From Selaginella moellendorffii (Eukaryota > Plantae > Lycopodiophyta), in contig NW_003314406.1 in assembly GCF_000143415.4 (NCBI RefSeq), positions 205,007 to 269,006 on the forward strand: a stretch of 64,000 nt of DNA, in the 5' to 3' direction. Every line of letters begins with the position of its first letter. The stretch's first letter is position 1. The position numbers and the translations under genes are program-made. Of the stretch, positions 49,573 through 62,167 are shown piece after piece. The notes beneath the pieces were generated by a model. It did no database searches. It saw only the letters and a program-made list of their open reading frames with translations, and was not told where the DNA came from.

Positions 49573-51686
49573 CAATGAGATTTATTATACAACCAAATGG
49601 ACTCAGTCTGGACACAAAGTCACTGCGCTAGTCACCATGCCCCAAATATGTCTAGCCCCTGGACAAAAAACATATAATTTCACGTCATTTTCAAATACTT
49701 GAAAATTTGTACCTAATCCCATTTTACTGAATAAATCCCACTTTAACGAAATAGAGCTTTCTTGCAACATTCATTCTGTTCTGTTGATCATTGTTTGTGT
49801 TAGTTCTGATAGGTTAGGATGTTATCTCATTTGAGTGATACATTTGCAAGCATTTTGCTTGCTAGTCAATGATCTTTTGTGTTCTTTGAGTTATCTTTCA
49901 TAAGTTGTTTAACATACTATCTGCAATCTTCGGTAGTTAAGTTTCATCATTGAGTTTCCTTGATGATATACTTGCTATTGAATTTTGTTAGATGGTGATT
50001 CTTATGTATACCACTTATGATGATCTTGGTGGTTCCTATACTTTACTACTGGTTTATCAGATGATAACTTACTTGGAATACTTTTGTGTTCCAATCTAAG
50101 ATATATTCATTGATAATTAAGTCTCTAAGATATCATTGTCTATGACTTTGATATTGTCCATCTATTGATCTTTGAGTTTGGGCCAGTATAAGCAGACTGG
50201 CTTCGGCACTTCGTGTGCATGCTGAAATCTCTAGTCATGGGGTAGCTACTGTCGACTGGTCACATAACCCGCCTCTTTGTCAATGTTCCTTATTCCGTTA
50301 AAAGGGCGTGACCGTGTAAACAACTCTAACTGCCTGTTTACAGTAGTCTATCTAAACCTTACTGATGGGTTTGGTTTCTTTACTCAGAAGGGTTGGGGCC
50401 TCTGGCTTCTCTCTCTATATCCCTGTGAGTAGGGGCATATCACACTTTTGTAAGCTAGGTGACACCCAGAGCAGCAAGGGTGGCTATCTTCGTTGGTCAT
50501 TTCCTTGTCGGCGACGGCCGGAAGGTGTTTGAGCTGGTAGCGCATCCGCGTTAGACAAAGAGGTTGCCTCCTAACTCATTTAAGTTGGTGCATTTCTCAC
50601 ATAGTGTGAATATCGTGAACTTTTTCTGGAGTTGTTTCCTTGGTGGTATTCTAGACTCAAGTGTGCATCGATGAGGACGTCGATCTTCCCTAGGGGGGGA
50701 GAGTGTCGTGAATGTGACTTCGGGTATCGAAAGTTACCTGTCGGCCAATCCTTATAGACACTCTTTCCTTACTACCACAATGGTAGGAGGTCGATATTGT
50801 TGGTTCCCTTTATCAACCCCTCTTGTTCAAGTGTTAGTAAACTGGGCTTAGCACCTGTACTTAGCCAGATGGACATAAGGTAGGAACTCCTATGTGTTTC
50901 TAGCTGAGCATACTCGGCCTGGCTCTTAGTTCTCTTTTGCTCTGTCTTGCACTGACTTGACAAGAACCCTCGTGTATTGAGATTGGTCCCTCAATATTGT
51001 TGGATGATAGCTTACCATGTCTGCCAAACACCCTCGCTATCATGACCTTTGTGTTAGTTTCATTTCGGTCCCAAATGCTATTTATGGAAAGTGTCCAGAT
51101 TTGCTCATTTAGCATATCTACGGAATGTAGAGATCGGCCTGAACACAATGGTGTTCGTCTTGTGTCCAAATTCATAATCTAGGGACATTCCATATTTAGT
51201 AAGTTTCAAGCTTGTCCCAAAAACTAACTCCTGATACTAAAGGAGGCTTGGGGTGAAAGCCCAAAGCATGTGTTCCTCAAGGGGGGGGGGGGGGGGGGGG
51301 GGACTATAGGGCGTTCCAAATGTATAATAGGGAGTAGGGATAGTGGGTAGGTCGGGCATGGTTGACCAACCTGAGGCATAGTCTAGCTTCCACTTGCGTG
51401 CTTGTCCTTGTTCTGCATCCGGCTTGGGTTTAAGCCCAAGTTCCATTCCATGCTAGCTGGTGGAGTACCCATGTCCTCGCGTTAGGCCACCGGTATGCTG
51501 AAATAGCGCCAGACTCTGTTTGGCTCCATTTTGCATGCTAATCCTGGCATTGGGATGCTGGTTGCTCTAGGACTGTTCCAAGTCGCTCCGAGCTCCTGTC
51601 CGTTCGCTCCTTGGGCTGTACGCTCGGGAGTTGCTCTGTGGTCCGGTTCTGTCACTCCTTGGCTCGATGCTGGGGAGTTTGGCACC

Positions 51687-51881
51687 TGTAAGCAACCAAA
51701 GGGAACAACTCGAGAGACGATCCATAGGGGTTCAAATATAGAGGGAAAGGGCCCATGAACAAGAGTGCACCCCCTTTTTCAATCGGTTAAGGGTCTTGGG
51801 ATATTTGGGGTTAAACGTTTTTGGGTTTGAATAGTACTAGGCTGGGTGACCTCCCGGGAAGTCCAAATTTAGGAGCTTACA
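51687..51881 (+). mobile_element. Second Cassandra-like 5S-bearing solo LTR
   Basis: 195 bp, TGTAAG..CTTACA, TSD GCACC; TAGTACTAGGCTGGGTGACCTCCCGGGAAGTCC. Confidence 0.9.
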
Positions 51882-52345
51882 GCACCGTTCCTTCGTTTAA
51901 TGGCCCAAGGCCCTGAACCTCGGATTCCGCACCACATTCCTTTGGACACATGGCATGTGACATGTGGCATCTGTCACGTGGCATAAAGAGGGTTTAGGTT
52001 CTGCTTCGTGGTGTTATCCTATGGTAAATCATATCAAAACCACGTGCGCTACAAGGGTGATTAGGTGGTGAGGAATTTTAAGAATAGGTATAATATAGGC
52101 AAAGTTAGGACTTTTTATCTTTGTTGTTTAATGCTAGATCATAATATGTCATCCATCCTTGAGCTGCTCTACTCCATTGCTCATATCCCTCCTTAGGATT
52201 AATTAAGGCTAATTGACATGCTAATCCTATACTTAGCTTTAAACCCCACTCATCCTTGAGGCACTCTACTCCATTGCCTTTAAATTAATTAGGGTTCATT
52301 GACTTGTTAATCCCATATTTAGATTGTAAATGAGGTTATGGTGTT

Positions 52346-52528
52346 ATGAACTTGAATTTAAACTTACCAGAAAGTTACTTAACCCAGTATTATTCAAACT
52401 TAAGGATAATTAACCCCAAATAACCTAAAACCTTTAACCAATTGGAAAAGGAAGTGCACTAGGCCCTTTCCCTTTATATTTGAGCTTTTATGGATCATCT
52501 CTCAAATTGTTTTTTTTAGTTGCTTACA
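52346..52528 (-). mobile_element. Degenerate third Cassandra-like LTR
   Basis: Colinear with 33044-33237 with many C>T and G>A changes; ends TTGCTTACA. Confidence 0.7.
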
Positions 52529-53189
52529 CTTGGTGCATAAATTGCAAATGTGTGTTAATATGGATTTTAAAGAGATTGAGGTTGTACTTTCTTTGTTTAT
52601 GCTATAGAATCCTATGGAAGGCTAAGGGACAGATATTGGTTATGTTAGGAATCTAGAATTAAGATTAGGGGTAATACTTTAGGACCTCAAAGGGAAAGCT
52701 AACTTGGTATATAGTTTGTGGGATGTGTAATGAGTAGCCTAAGGTTTAGTTCCATAATAGGTTTGGAAGAGGAAATATTATTTAGATGTGAGAGAACATA
52801 GGGTTTAGACCAAGGACTTAGACATTTTCTTTACTTTTCCTTTTTGACAAGTGAAATAGAAAGAATATATTATTTGCAGCAGTTGCATATTCATAATTAG
52901 TTTTAGAAATTTATCATATTTAAAACTAGTAGCCCATGGACTTCAATCTGAATAAGAAAATTGTCTTGAGACTCTAACCAAAAGCATTCTTTAATATTAA
53001 CAGAGATGAGAACTATGATCCAAATTTAGGCCCCATAAGAAGGAATCTATTATCTATCTATTCTATCTTTGCAACTAAAGTAAAGAGTTGAAAACTCTTA
53101 CTTTGAAGCTCAACTATTTTCAGAATATGGCTTTCCATGCTTTTTCTATGGTTATAACCCACCACAAAACAACAAAGATAAAAGTGTCT

Positions 53190-53470
53190 AGCCTCACCTA
53201 AACTATGATATACTTCTTTACCACCCAACCACACCCAAAGTACCTCAAAAACTCCACCCCACCACCACTGTCATGGGCATCTAGGATAAGTTAAGTATCC
53301 TTAACCCTTAGACATTTGACCGATGTTAACATGTGGTCAAAGCTGGTGCATAACAATTCTTCTTCTAACAAAGTCCTTGTCTAAGGATGAGTTGCACTAA
53401 TGGTCAAGGAACTCCGCTCAAGCTTTTGGTTTATCATCCACAACCGTATACATCAAGGAGCTACTAGACC
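53190..53470 (-). mobile_element. Family C LTR fragment and adjacent 3' internal sequence
   Basis: CACCACCCAACCAC..GTGGTCAAAGCTGGTGCATAACA matches 720-880 and 26655-26910. Confidence 0.75.
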
Positions 53471-53845
53471 CTTCACTCCAAGATAATATACCTTTCAATT
53501 GATAAACATAAAATAGATGAATCCAATAGAAGCTTGTTAATATAAAGCAAATGAACATCCTCATGAAGGTGGAAATGTCCCAAAGAAGGTGGTAGAGCTG
53601 CAACACTTGGATCAATGTAGTACTTACAAAATAGATAGCAATAAAAAGATAAGGATTTTATTGGGAAGAGAGTGTTCACTTGAGAACACAATCAGCTTGA
53701 TTGCGAAAACTAGATTCAATGTGAGAATATCTTCTCCATAATTTCTTATGATTAAGCTATCAATGCCCATGGTTGATAGAGCTTATGAAACTATAGTGTA
53801 GCTCTTATATTCCTCAACCAAGAGCTCTCTCTCTTTGGTGTATGT

Positions 53846-53846
<1 letters not shown>

Positions 53847-53897
<51 letters not shown>
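53847..53897. repeat. Compound microsatellite (TG)n(AG)n
   Basis: Direct reading. Confidence 0.95.
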
Positions 53898-53900
<3 letters not shown>

Positions 53901-54424
53901 CAGCTCAAAATGTGCCTGATTGCCTTAAAAAAATTCACTTGATTTAGAGTGTCATTATAATCAAAATTGAAGAATTGCCACCCTTTTGGCACATGATCTA
54001 TGCTGTCTCTTTGAAGTTTTGAAATTTTTAACCATTAGACCAAAAGTATATTCCTAGCTAAAAAAGGAATATATGATGAGATGCTAGATGAAAATAGCAG
54101 ATTTAGATAAGTGAGTATGATATGAGTATGATGATGATGATTCTACAGAAGTTGTCATCTATAAAGGAGAAAACTTGTCACATTCAATCCATACCTATAT
54201 CAAAATCCTACCTTCTGCATCAAAACTTTTATTCATCAACTATTTGCAGGCATTGGAGCTTCCTTTAGCCTTTCTATAAACCCTTGATAGTCTTCAAGAT
54301 GACAGCTATCAAGTTTATATGGCTACCTCTACTCTAGCATAACCTATATTGAGCACATGGAACTTTATAAGTGTAAAATTTCAAGAATTTTGACTTATAA
54401 ATGTAATAATTGTTGGATTCAGTG

Positions 54425-54582
54425 TGAGAAGATTTCTAGCTGCACATGGGCAAAAATTTCTAGTGAGCAGCACAGCACACATGGGTGAAGATTTCTAGTG
54501 AGCGGCATAGCCCACATGGGCAAAGATTTCCAGTAGTGGTGTGGGTGTAGCGGTACAGCACACACAGGTGAAGATTTCTGGA
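54425..54582. repeat. Imperfect tandem repeat, core CACATGGGYRAAGATTTCTAG
   Basis: About 5 AAGATTTC-anchored units of 22-55 bp. Confidence 0.7.
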
Positions 54583-56965
54583 GGTGGTGTGGGTGGTGTT
54601 GAGTGGCATGGACTAGGATTGTGTGGTGGCAGGGAGCTAGTAGAGGAGCGGTGCTGCACTAGTGGGCAGCAGTGCACAGTATGGTGGGAGGTGGGAGGAG
54701 TGGTGGTGGGTTTCCTGAGTGTGGTGGTGGGAGGATTGGTTGTGAGAGTGGCAGGATGGCAGAGGAATGTGGCAATGGTGGTAGCAGAAGACAATGAAGT
54801 TGGTGAGTCTGAGGAAGATAAGGCAAGAGAAGCAGGGGAAGATGATGGCATAGTCGATAAGGATATGGAAGTCGAGCAACTTCTTATGGTGCTAGGTGAA
54901 GCTAGATGAAACTCAGGTTCCAATTATGAAGCAGAAGAGGTTATTCAAGCTCAACTTCCAAAGCTATGCAAGTGCTCTTGACAAGCTTTACGAGCTCAAG
55001 ATCAAGGCTAAGATACCATGTATGTGGAATGGTTTCTTGAAGCTCTACAAGGAAAAGGGTATGGCTTTACCTGATAGATGGTATATGTGTTTGGTAACTG
55101 CTCAACATCCACATCATCCAATTTCTCACCCTCCAGCTGCTGAAGATCCTTTGGGGCGATGTTTCTCTTTAAGCCATCCAGGTAAGCTATCACTCTTGAT
55201 GTCCTAACTATTTGATGAATTCAACAATGTGTGAGAAAAAGGCATTGACTGGTTCCATGTGCCATTAATGCAAGAGCTTTGTCGTCTTTACATGACAGGA
55301 TCCTCACTACACTATGCTTACATTCCTCCTGAGCTTTAGCATTTGCAAAGTGATAAAAGTTTTTTCCTTTTTGGAGTAGAAAGTCTTGTTTTCTTATTTC
55401 TAGGTGGATGATGCTGTTTCAACTCGAGCAATATTTTCTTCCATACTGGTGATCATGTTGCTCAAGCGAAAATAGGACTTGCCAAAAGTTGTGGCAGAAA
55501 CTTCAGTTGGAGGTCTAAGCCTGAGTTTGCGCTCAGAGGCACACAGTACATATATGGCAACAATGGGGTGTTGTTTTTTCTATTTACATCTCTTTGAAGT
55601 GCTTTTCTGGTGATTATACATTCAAGCACCTTGCTAGGGCATATGCCCCTTTGTTGGAGGTACGAGATGAGCCTGTAGCGGTCAACAATGAGCCCGTAGA
55701 AAAAAGTGAAGCGGCACATGTCGACAATGAGATGGACACAGGTGGATCCGACGTGGCAGGAAGAATGGGTTTACGGGCAATGGGACTTCCTGGGATGCAG
55801 GGGCAAGAAAAGGGGTGGGGGGAGCTAGGGCTGGGGGAGGATTCGCTTGACAAGCAAGGGCGATCAAGATCTGAGCACAGCGAGGGCTTTGACCTGGTGT
55901 GGACTCCAGTAAGCCTCACCCGGGCTTACACCCGTTTTAGAACCACTACACTGGTCTGTTGATCAGTTTGAAATCAGCTATGGTGGCTGATTGAGTGATT
56001 TGGAGTGTCACTCATATCTATTTTAAGCTGTGGTGGCTTGTTTTTGTGACAAGGGAGGGATGGTGAAGGAGAAGCATAGAAAGCTAAGTATGTTGAAGAG
56101 CTCATCATGCTGAACATATGCTATCTGTGTGTGGCAGAAAAAATAAAAAGCAAACGAAGATGCAACTAGAGGATCAGCTTTGTGGAGCATCATCGTGATC
56201 CAGGGTTAGGTCATATGAGTACGCCCTGTGTTGGTGATTGTTTACGTTTTCCCCTTATAGTTCCATCAAGCTTTGCTAGATAGAGAGAAAGAACATACCT
56301 TAAGGAAGCTCCGGGACTCCAGCGAGATATTCTTCACGTTGTTGCATCATCCTAAAGCATAAATTAATTGAAAGGTCTTTGAGGCTTCAGCTGGCGGCCA
56401 GATAAAAATGCGAGATTCATACACAGTAATAATAACAAACGCGTCAACCAATAGCAGCATTGTGAGCAGCAGGAGGAAGATGGTCGTGGAGTGGTCACAC
56501 GGAGCAGAGCACTTATTCTGAGGTCCTGCCACAAGATCGCACTGCCCTAATACAGGGACATAAGAAACGACATCACTTTCTAACATGTTGGGAGATTACC
56601 TTTTATCTTTCAGCCGTTGACTAGATTTGACCGTACACCTCAGATACCAAATTCCCTTACAGTTTTCTAGAAAAGGAATGATGATGGTCACGGATGTAAA
56701 ATAGGCGACCTCCTCAGTTGTTTGTTGGAGTGTGCTAGACGTTTCTGTAGGTGAATGTCCATTTATATAATGTGTGGAGCATGGTATAAATTGATTGGCA
56801 CCTCTGAGACTTGATGGGCACGAATAAACTGTTTTTCCACTCCTGAACCTCTTGTATGCCGAACCTGCAAGCTAAACAACCAGAAAATGAAACAAAAGAA
56901 ACCATTCCCACTCTTTCTTTAATATAAGAATACATTTTCTTAATGCAATGTACCATCATAAAGCT

Positions 56966-59920
56966 TCAATCTATGTCAATATCAGCTAATTCAATTTCTT
57001 CAAGTTTACCAAGGCCTTTCATGTTCTGCACATTCTTACTTTAAAGAGTGTAAAATTTCAGTAGGCTACCTCAAGGTATTGATGAGGCTCGTCTAAGCTA
57101 GTAGAACCCAAAATGACTTCCCGTCTTAATTTTAAAGTTAGCTTGTGCATAGCTTTTAGCTGTTGATCAGAAGGTTTAGTCGTTGCCTTGAAATATAAAA
57201 CACAGACCTCCACTCTAGTTGTACCTCCAATAATAAACACGAAGATTCTTTTGCCTTCAACGTTGGCACTTGATGCCGTCTCACTGACAAAACATCTTTA
57301 GTCCATCGATTATCATAATCCGACATTTACCTTCCAGGGTTATCATCTGTTGCGTTTTTTGTTGCCCACGTAGACTTCCTTGTACGCATGGACTGTGGAA
57401 CCTTATGACTGGTAGCAGGTGTAGAAGTGTTTGGCATGGATATAGGAACGGGCTCTTTAACAAATGGAAAATCTTCTTTTGATAGCTCTCCCTTGTGGAG
57501 CGCCCAAACGATGTCCTAAAATTCATCAAAGATTTCTAAATAAGCTCTTAACTTGCCTGGCCATTACCTCAATCACGGGATAGAAACGAGAAAAATCCCA
57601 AGTATCAATGTCCTCTTTTTTTACTTTTCTTGATGGTGCCTACCATTGAGAGATCGCCCAAGAAACACAAAATACAAAATATTTTTGGGATACCTTACGA
57701 CTTGATTTGAAAAAGCCGCCAGAGTGTTTATCTAATAGAGGGACACCGAGAAATCGTAGATTGTTAATAATATTCATGTCAGTTTCTCCCAGTTTAGCTA
57801 GCTGCACGAGTTAACCATGAAATTTTAGCAGAAACCAAATAAGAGCGACCTTCATCCACTGTTGACGCTTGATGGCATCCAGTTTATCAGGATGTGCACT
57901 CGCATATATAAGCAGCAACCGTAGTTTGTTTTCCAGAGACATATCCTGTAGGCAGTAATTTAATAAACAGTAGATCACATGAGAACTAACCGGCTTGATG
58001 TTGAAGAGTCTGACTAGCTCTTTACTTGATCCTCCTCCAAAGGCAAAATCTTGTTCCAGAGCGGCTATGTCGCTAAGCGATTGTTCAGATATTTTTTCGT
58101 TCAACACGGTTGCAATCTGTGTGGTACATACAGTATATTCAAGTGGCTGAACATAAAAAAAAATTAAGAAAATAGTACCTGAATATGAAGACTTAACTTG
58201 TCGAGTTGCTCACGAAATTGAGGTAGAGCCTGGACCAGCTTTTGCATGTCTCTTGTCGATATATCCTGACCCTCCCTATTAACGTACACAGTCATTCATC
58301 CAGGTGTCTTCGAGAATATAAACGTACTTTGCACCCAGACGAATTTGTGCCGCCTTATTCTTTGAACCAAACTGATTCATCTTGTCAGTTAATTTCAAAT
58401 TTGCCTGTAGAGCTAGAGAGTTTAGGACAAGACCAGAAGATTTTTTAACAACCTCTGCAATGTGTAGATGACGCAGTTCAACCCAAATTGGATCATGCTC
58501 TTCAAGAAGCACTTCTTTCCGTTCCAACTTGTCTCCAGTTGTTATCTTCAGAAAAGAAAAGCGCTTCAGGGCGGCAAGAACTATAATCCTCACCTCATAA
58601 ACGTATTTGTTGCCTTCGATGCCTAGAAGATCATGGCACATAGCATCATACGTCCACTCATGTATAAATGGCGCAACCTAAACGACCCATGGAAAATGGT
58701 GGTCCTAACGTTGCATCTTACCGTATCAATACTTCGATCAAGAATTAAGAGGTCGCAAGTTTCGGATTTGGGAAAGTCAGCAAGAGCTGATTTGTACTTT
58801 GCTAATCGTTCTGAAAGTACTGCAGCAACCTTAGCTGAAAGCAAATTACGTGCGGCTGGAAGTTCATCTTCTGAACTTTGAGCTTTAGGGGCTCCAAATC
58901 GCACACTAGGATACTCCTAAAAGTAAAGTCATCAAACAAAATATTAAGAGCATAGACTCGGACTTACTAACCTTTAGGGATACGAAAACAGTAGCTAGGC
59001 GGGTACCTATCGTGTCGATCATTTCTTCATAATCTGAAGAGGTATCGCTATTCTCCCCAAAAAGTTGTTCCAAAGCCATGGCATTAGCAGTTACAAATCC
59101 CTATATATAAACTTCATTACGTTGACACAAACAATCAGGAAGACCACCTGTGAATCGATGGTTATATACTCCAAGTTCATCTGTTGTCGTGACAATGAAA
59201 ATCCATACAATTAGTTATAAGCTACCTCTTTAAGTGCTGCAAGGCGTTGAATCACTGTTTTCTCGCTTTTGATAATATTGAGGAGATCTGGTGTAAGAGA
59301 TGAACTTAAGAAGATGTAAGCCCTGAAACCACCAGTTCTCTCTGAGATCAAGCCAAATCGCTTAAAGATTAGCTGGTCACCTCTTATATAAAGGAAACTT
59401 TCCTGACATATCGCTGATGATTTTGGTAATGCTGGCACACAACCAGTTTTGAAAATGTGGATGCACTTCTCTACAATACCTCTCGTTTGTAGCTCTTACA
59501 AAGTACACCGCTTCAAGAGTTGGCATTGGTTGCCTTTTCTTGTTCAGATCCTCAACCACTGCGAGAAGAAATTTAGTAATGCTTTGCCAGCTAGAATGTA
59601 AGCGCACATGAGATGCCTTCATCGGTTATATCGGCCATCTTACACGAAGATGACATGACTCTGACAGTCAGCTCATCGATGACAAGAACCTGATAATGAA
59701 GGTACAAATACGAAACTAAACAAAATCAGAAAGAACCTTCCAATCGTTTGGGCTGTCACCACTCTTGACGCTGTGAAGCATCTCCTTTAGCAGTCCTGAA
59801 ATACCTCAACAAGTCGACCTGTAAAACATAAATTTCAAACAAAATGTACTCACGCTCCCGTGTTGAATGGCGGAAAGACTTGTAAGGAGCTCTTGCTGAC
59901 GATCCACTGCCTTCTGCCAT
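56966..59920 (-). CDS. KEU: Sec1/Munc18 SNARE-interacting protein (KEULE/SEC11-like), roughly 20 short exons
   Basis: Spliced translation [127 protein letters not shown]; ATG 59920, TGA 56966; introns e.g. 59796-59853 and 59690-59736. Confidence 0.93.
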
Positions 59921-60062
59921 GGAAAGTAAGAGGAAAACCCTAATCTCTTGACACCGACAGCACATAGGAGAATATGTTTTGTTGCCACTTGGCAATGTCC
60001 AACGAGATTTGAAGTGCCGCGGCAGAAATGACGGTGCGATAGAATGTTTAAGAGTGCACACA

Positions 60063-60091
<29 letters not shown>
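60063..60091. repeat. (CA)n microsatellite in the divergent promoter/5' UTR
   Basis: Direct reading; ends 3 bp before ATG 60095. Confidence 0.95.
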
Positions 60092-60094
<3 letters not shown>

Positions 60095-62167
60095 ATGGAT
60101 TTAGCTCCTGCAAGACCATGGGTTCCAAAAGAACACACTTACTTGGATGCATACAAGAGGCGGATGTACAAACCTTACTACATGAAGCCGAAGTTTGACA
60201 TTTCAGAAGCACGCGGGTTCATGGAAACCTTTGAGACACATGAACCCCAGGTAACTCTTTGAGCTAGCATGCTTTACCTTGCAAACCTGCATATCTATTC
60301 ATTTCAGTTTAGACCCATTAGGAAGTACATAAATCCCGAAAACGGGTATGAGACACCTTGGAAAAGTTGCCGTGGCAGCGGACAGTTTGACATTCAGAGT
60401 CGGGTCATTCATGTAGGCAAAAATGGAAGCATTGTAACGCCATCAGGCGAGGTAAGACGACATGAGCACAGTTTGTCGGGCTAAATTTGTCATGCTATGT
60501 AGTGGTGGAAGAAGGGTAAACGGTATTTAATACCAACAAGCGGTTCTTGGTCAGAACCAGCGTTCAAACCATCACTACGCTACATTCGCGCAAGTCTTAG
60601 TGACGATCAAATATGGAGGCCCTGCATTCGAGTTTACAGAGTGGCAAGGCCTCACTATTTCAACTCCAGACCAATACGACGTCGTTATCTTCCTCAGCAA
60701 CCTGGCTACGATGACAAGTACGAGCGCCTGACTTCAAATGATGCTTATTCTGGAATATATCACCCCCGAAAGATCACCAGCATCAAGCCAGAATGGCTGG
60801 GCTTTTCCAACAACGGAGTTCCATATGTAAGCTAGTTTCGCTTATGACCATCAATTTTCTGTTTTCTTTGTCGCTTCAGCTGCGGCCTTTCAGAAAAGGA
60901 GTCACAATGTACTTGCGTCGGCATCCACATATGTGCTTGTTTTCACCTGATCCACCTATTATAGTCGGTACACTTTCAATTTTGGGCAAGAATTTACCTT
61001 TGGCTAATGCAGAGAAAATCACTGACGAAGAAGGTTACTGACTATTTTCATAAACACCCACAGTTGCAGCTCTTTAGTGCTGACTTTCGACCTGAGCTTA
61101 CAAGTAAGTTCACCTTTTGTGGCGACGGTAACCTCATGATTGAGACCGTGCAGGAAGTCATCCATCATATGTTTCTACAACTAGATACAACGCTGGAGGA
61201 CGTTACGATCACTTTGAGGACCGTAGCGTAAGACAATTAAAGATTTAGTGCCTCTTAACGTACCGTGTTCTTGTGGCAGTTCACAATACAGCCAGATGTA
61301 CGGCTACCAGAACCCCTTGGAGCTCAACCCGTTCCTGATCACAGTCCTCGTATGATCCACAATCAGTATTTGATGTAATTCTTTCAGGTCTCTTCATAGT
61401 TAACCCATAAGTGCTGACTACGCAGCCTATTCAGAGGTCAAACCCATGCCAAGTCTTGCTGGGGATATAGTGGGTATTGATATTTTTGAGGCCAAGCCCA
61501 CCAGGCTGATGGTACGTCATTATTAGCCTTTTGCTATTTATCCATATAGAATGATCTAATGCTTCTTTCTTCTCCAGAGTCCACGACTGTCTCAAAAGCC
61601 TTCTGTAACTTTAAGTTCAAATGTAAGTCCTATATCTTTTCTTCCTCCATTTTAGGATCTGATAAGAAGTTTCTGCGGTTGGTAAAAATTAAAAATGAAA
61701 AACGAGGAAGGTAAAAATTCATCCATGATCCTTTTGTGTTGCTAAATGTATCCAGTACAAGTGTAACTAATATGAGTACTTTACTCTTATTTTATTTGAG
61801 CTTTATAATGTGTTGCAGGAAGGCACGAATCAAAAACATCAGGAGAAAAGGCCACAATCCGTACTGGTGCATTATGATAATTTATGATCATTATGTATAT
61901 TCCTGACTTAGATTTTTACAGAATACTCAGGAGGGAATCCAGAAAAAGAAAGGGATGGAACAGGTAAACTTTCAAAATAGCCGAGGCTTCAAATCATGTC
62001 GTAGGTACTTGGTCCAGAACGTTCACTCAAGATTTATGACAGAGTATATGAGGTCTTTCAGGCCGAAGTATCTGGTGAGCTTTTTTCAATATTGTTCAGA
62101 ACGAATGTTTTATAATTCTTCACAGCCTGAGAAAGCTAAAGCATCGCTACAGCCATGGACTGCTTAA
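60095..62167 (+). CDS. Uncharacterised multi-exon protein-coding gene
   Basis: ATG 60095 (MDLAPARPWVPKEH..); in-frame exons separated by short GT-AG introns (about 60251-60308, 60452-60502, 60827-60879); Pro/Arg/Tyr-rich; 3' end at TAA 62167 is tentative. Confidence 0.7.

Larger units (their letters stand above)
38633..49759. mobile_element. 11.1-kb TIR DNA transposon (Sola-like) with an accessory gene
   Basis: Perfect 24-bp TIR AAGCTCTATTTCGTTAAAGTGGGA; TSD TCTT (38629-32 and 49760-63); removing it restores family B internal sequence seen uninterrupted at about 15310-15360; superfamily is inferred. Confidence 0.88.
32825..52053 (+). mobile_element. Non-autonomous LARD-like LTR element B2, host of several nested insertions
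   Basis: LTRs 32825-34577 and 50704-52053; PBS TTTGGTATCAGAG at 34578; PPT 50692-50703; TSD AGTGT/AGGGT inside a family C LTR. Confidence 0.9.

Noticed and set aside
54495-56600. Short ORFs possibly from a decayed element or gene
   Set aside because: No recognisable motifs, termini or consistent splice pattern
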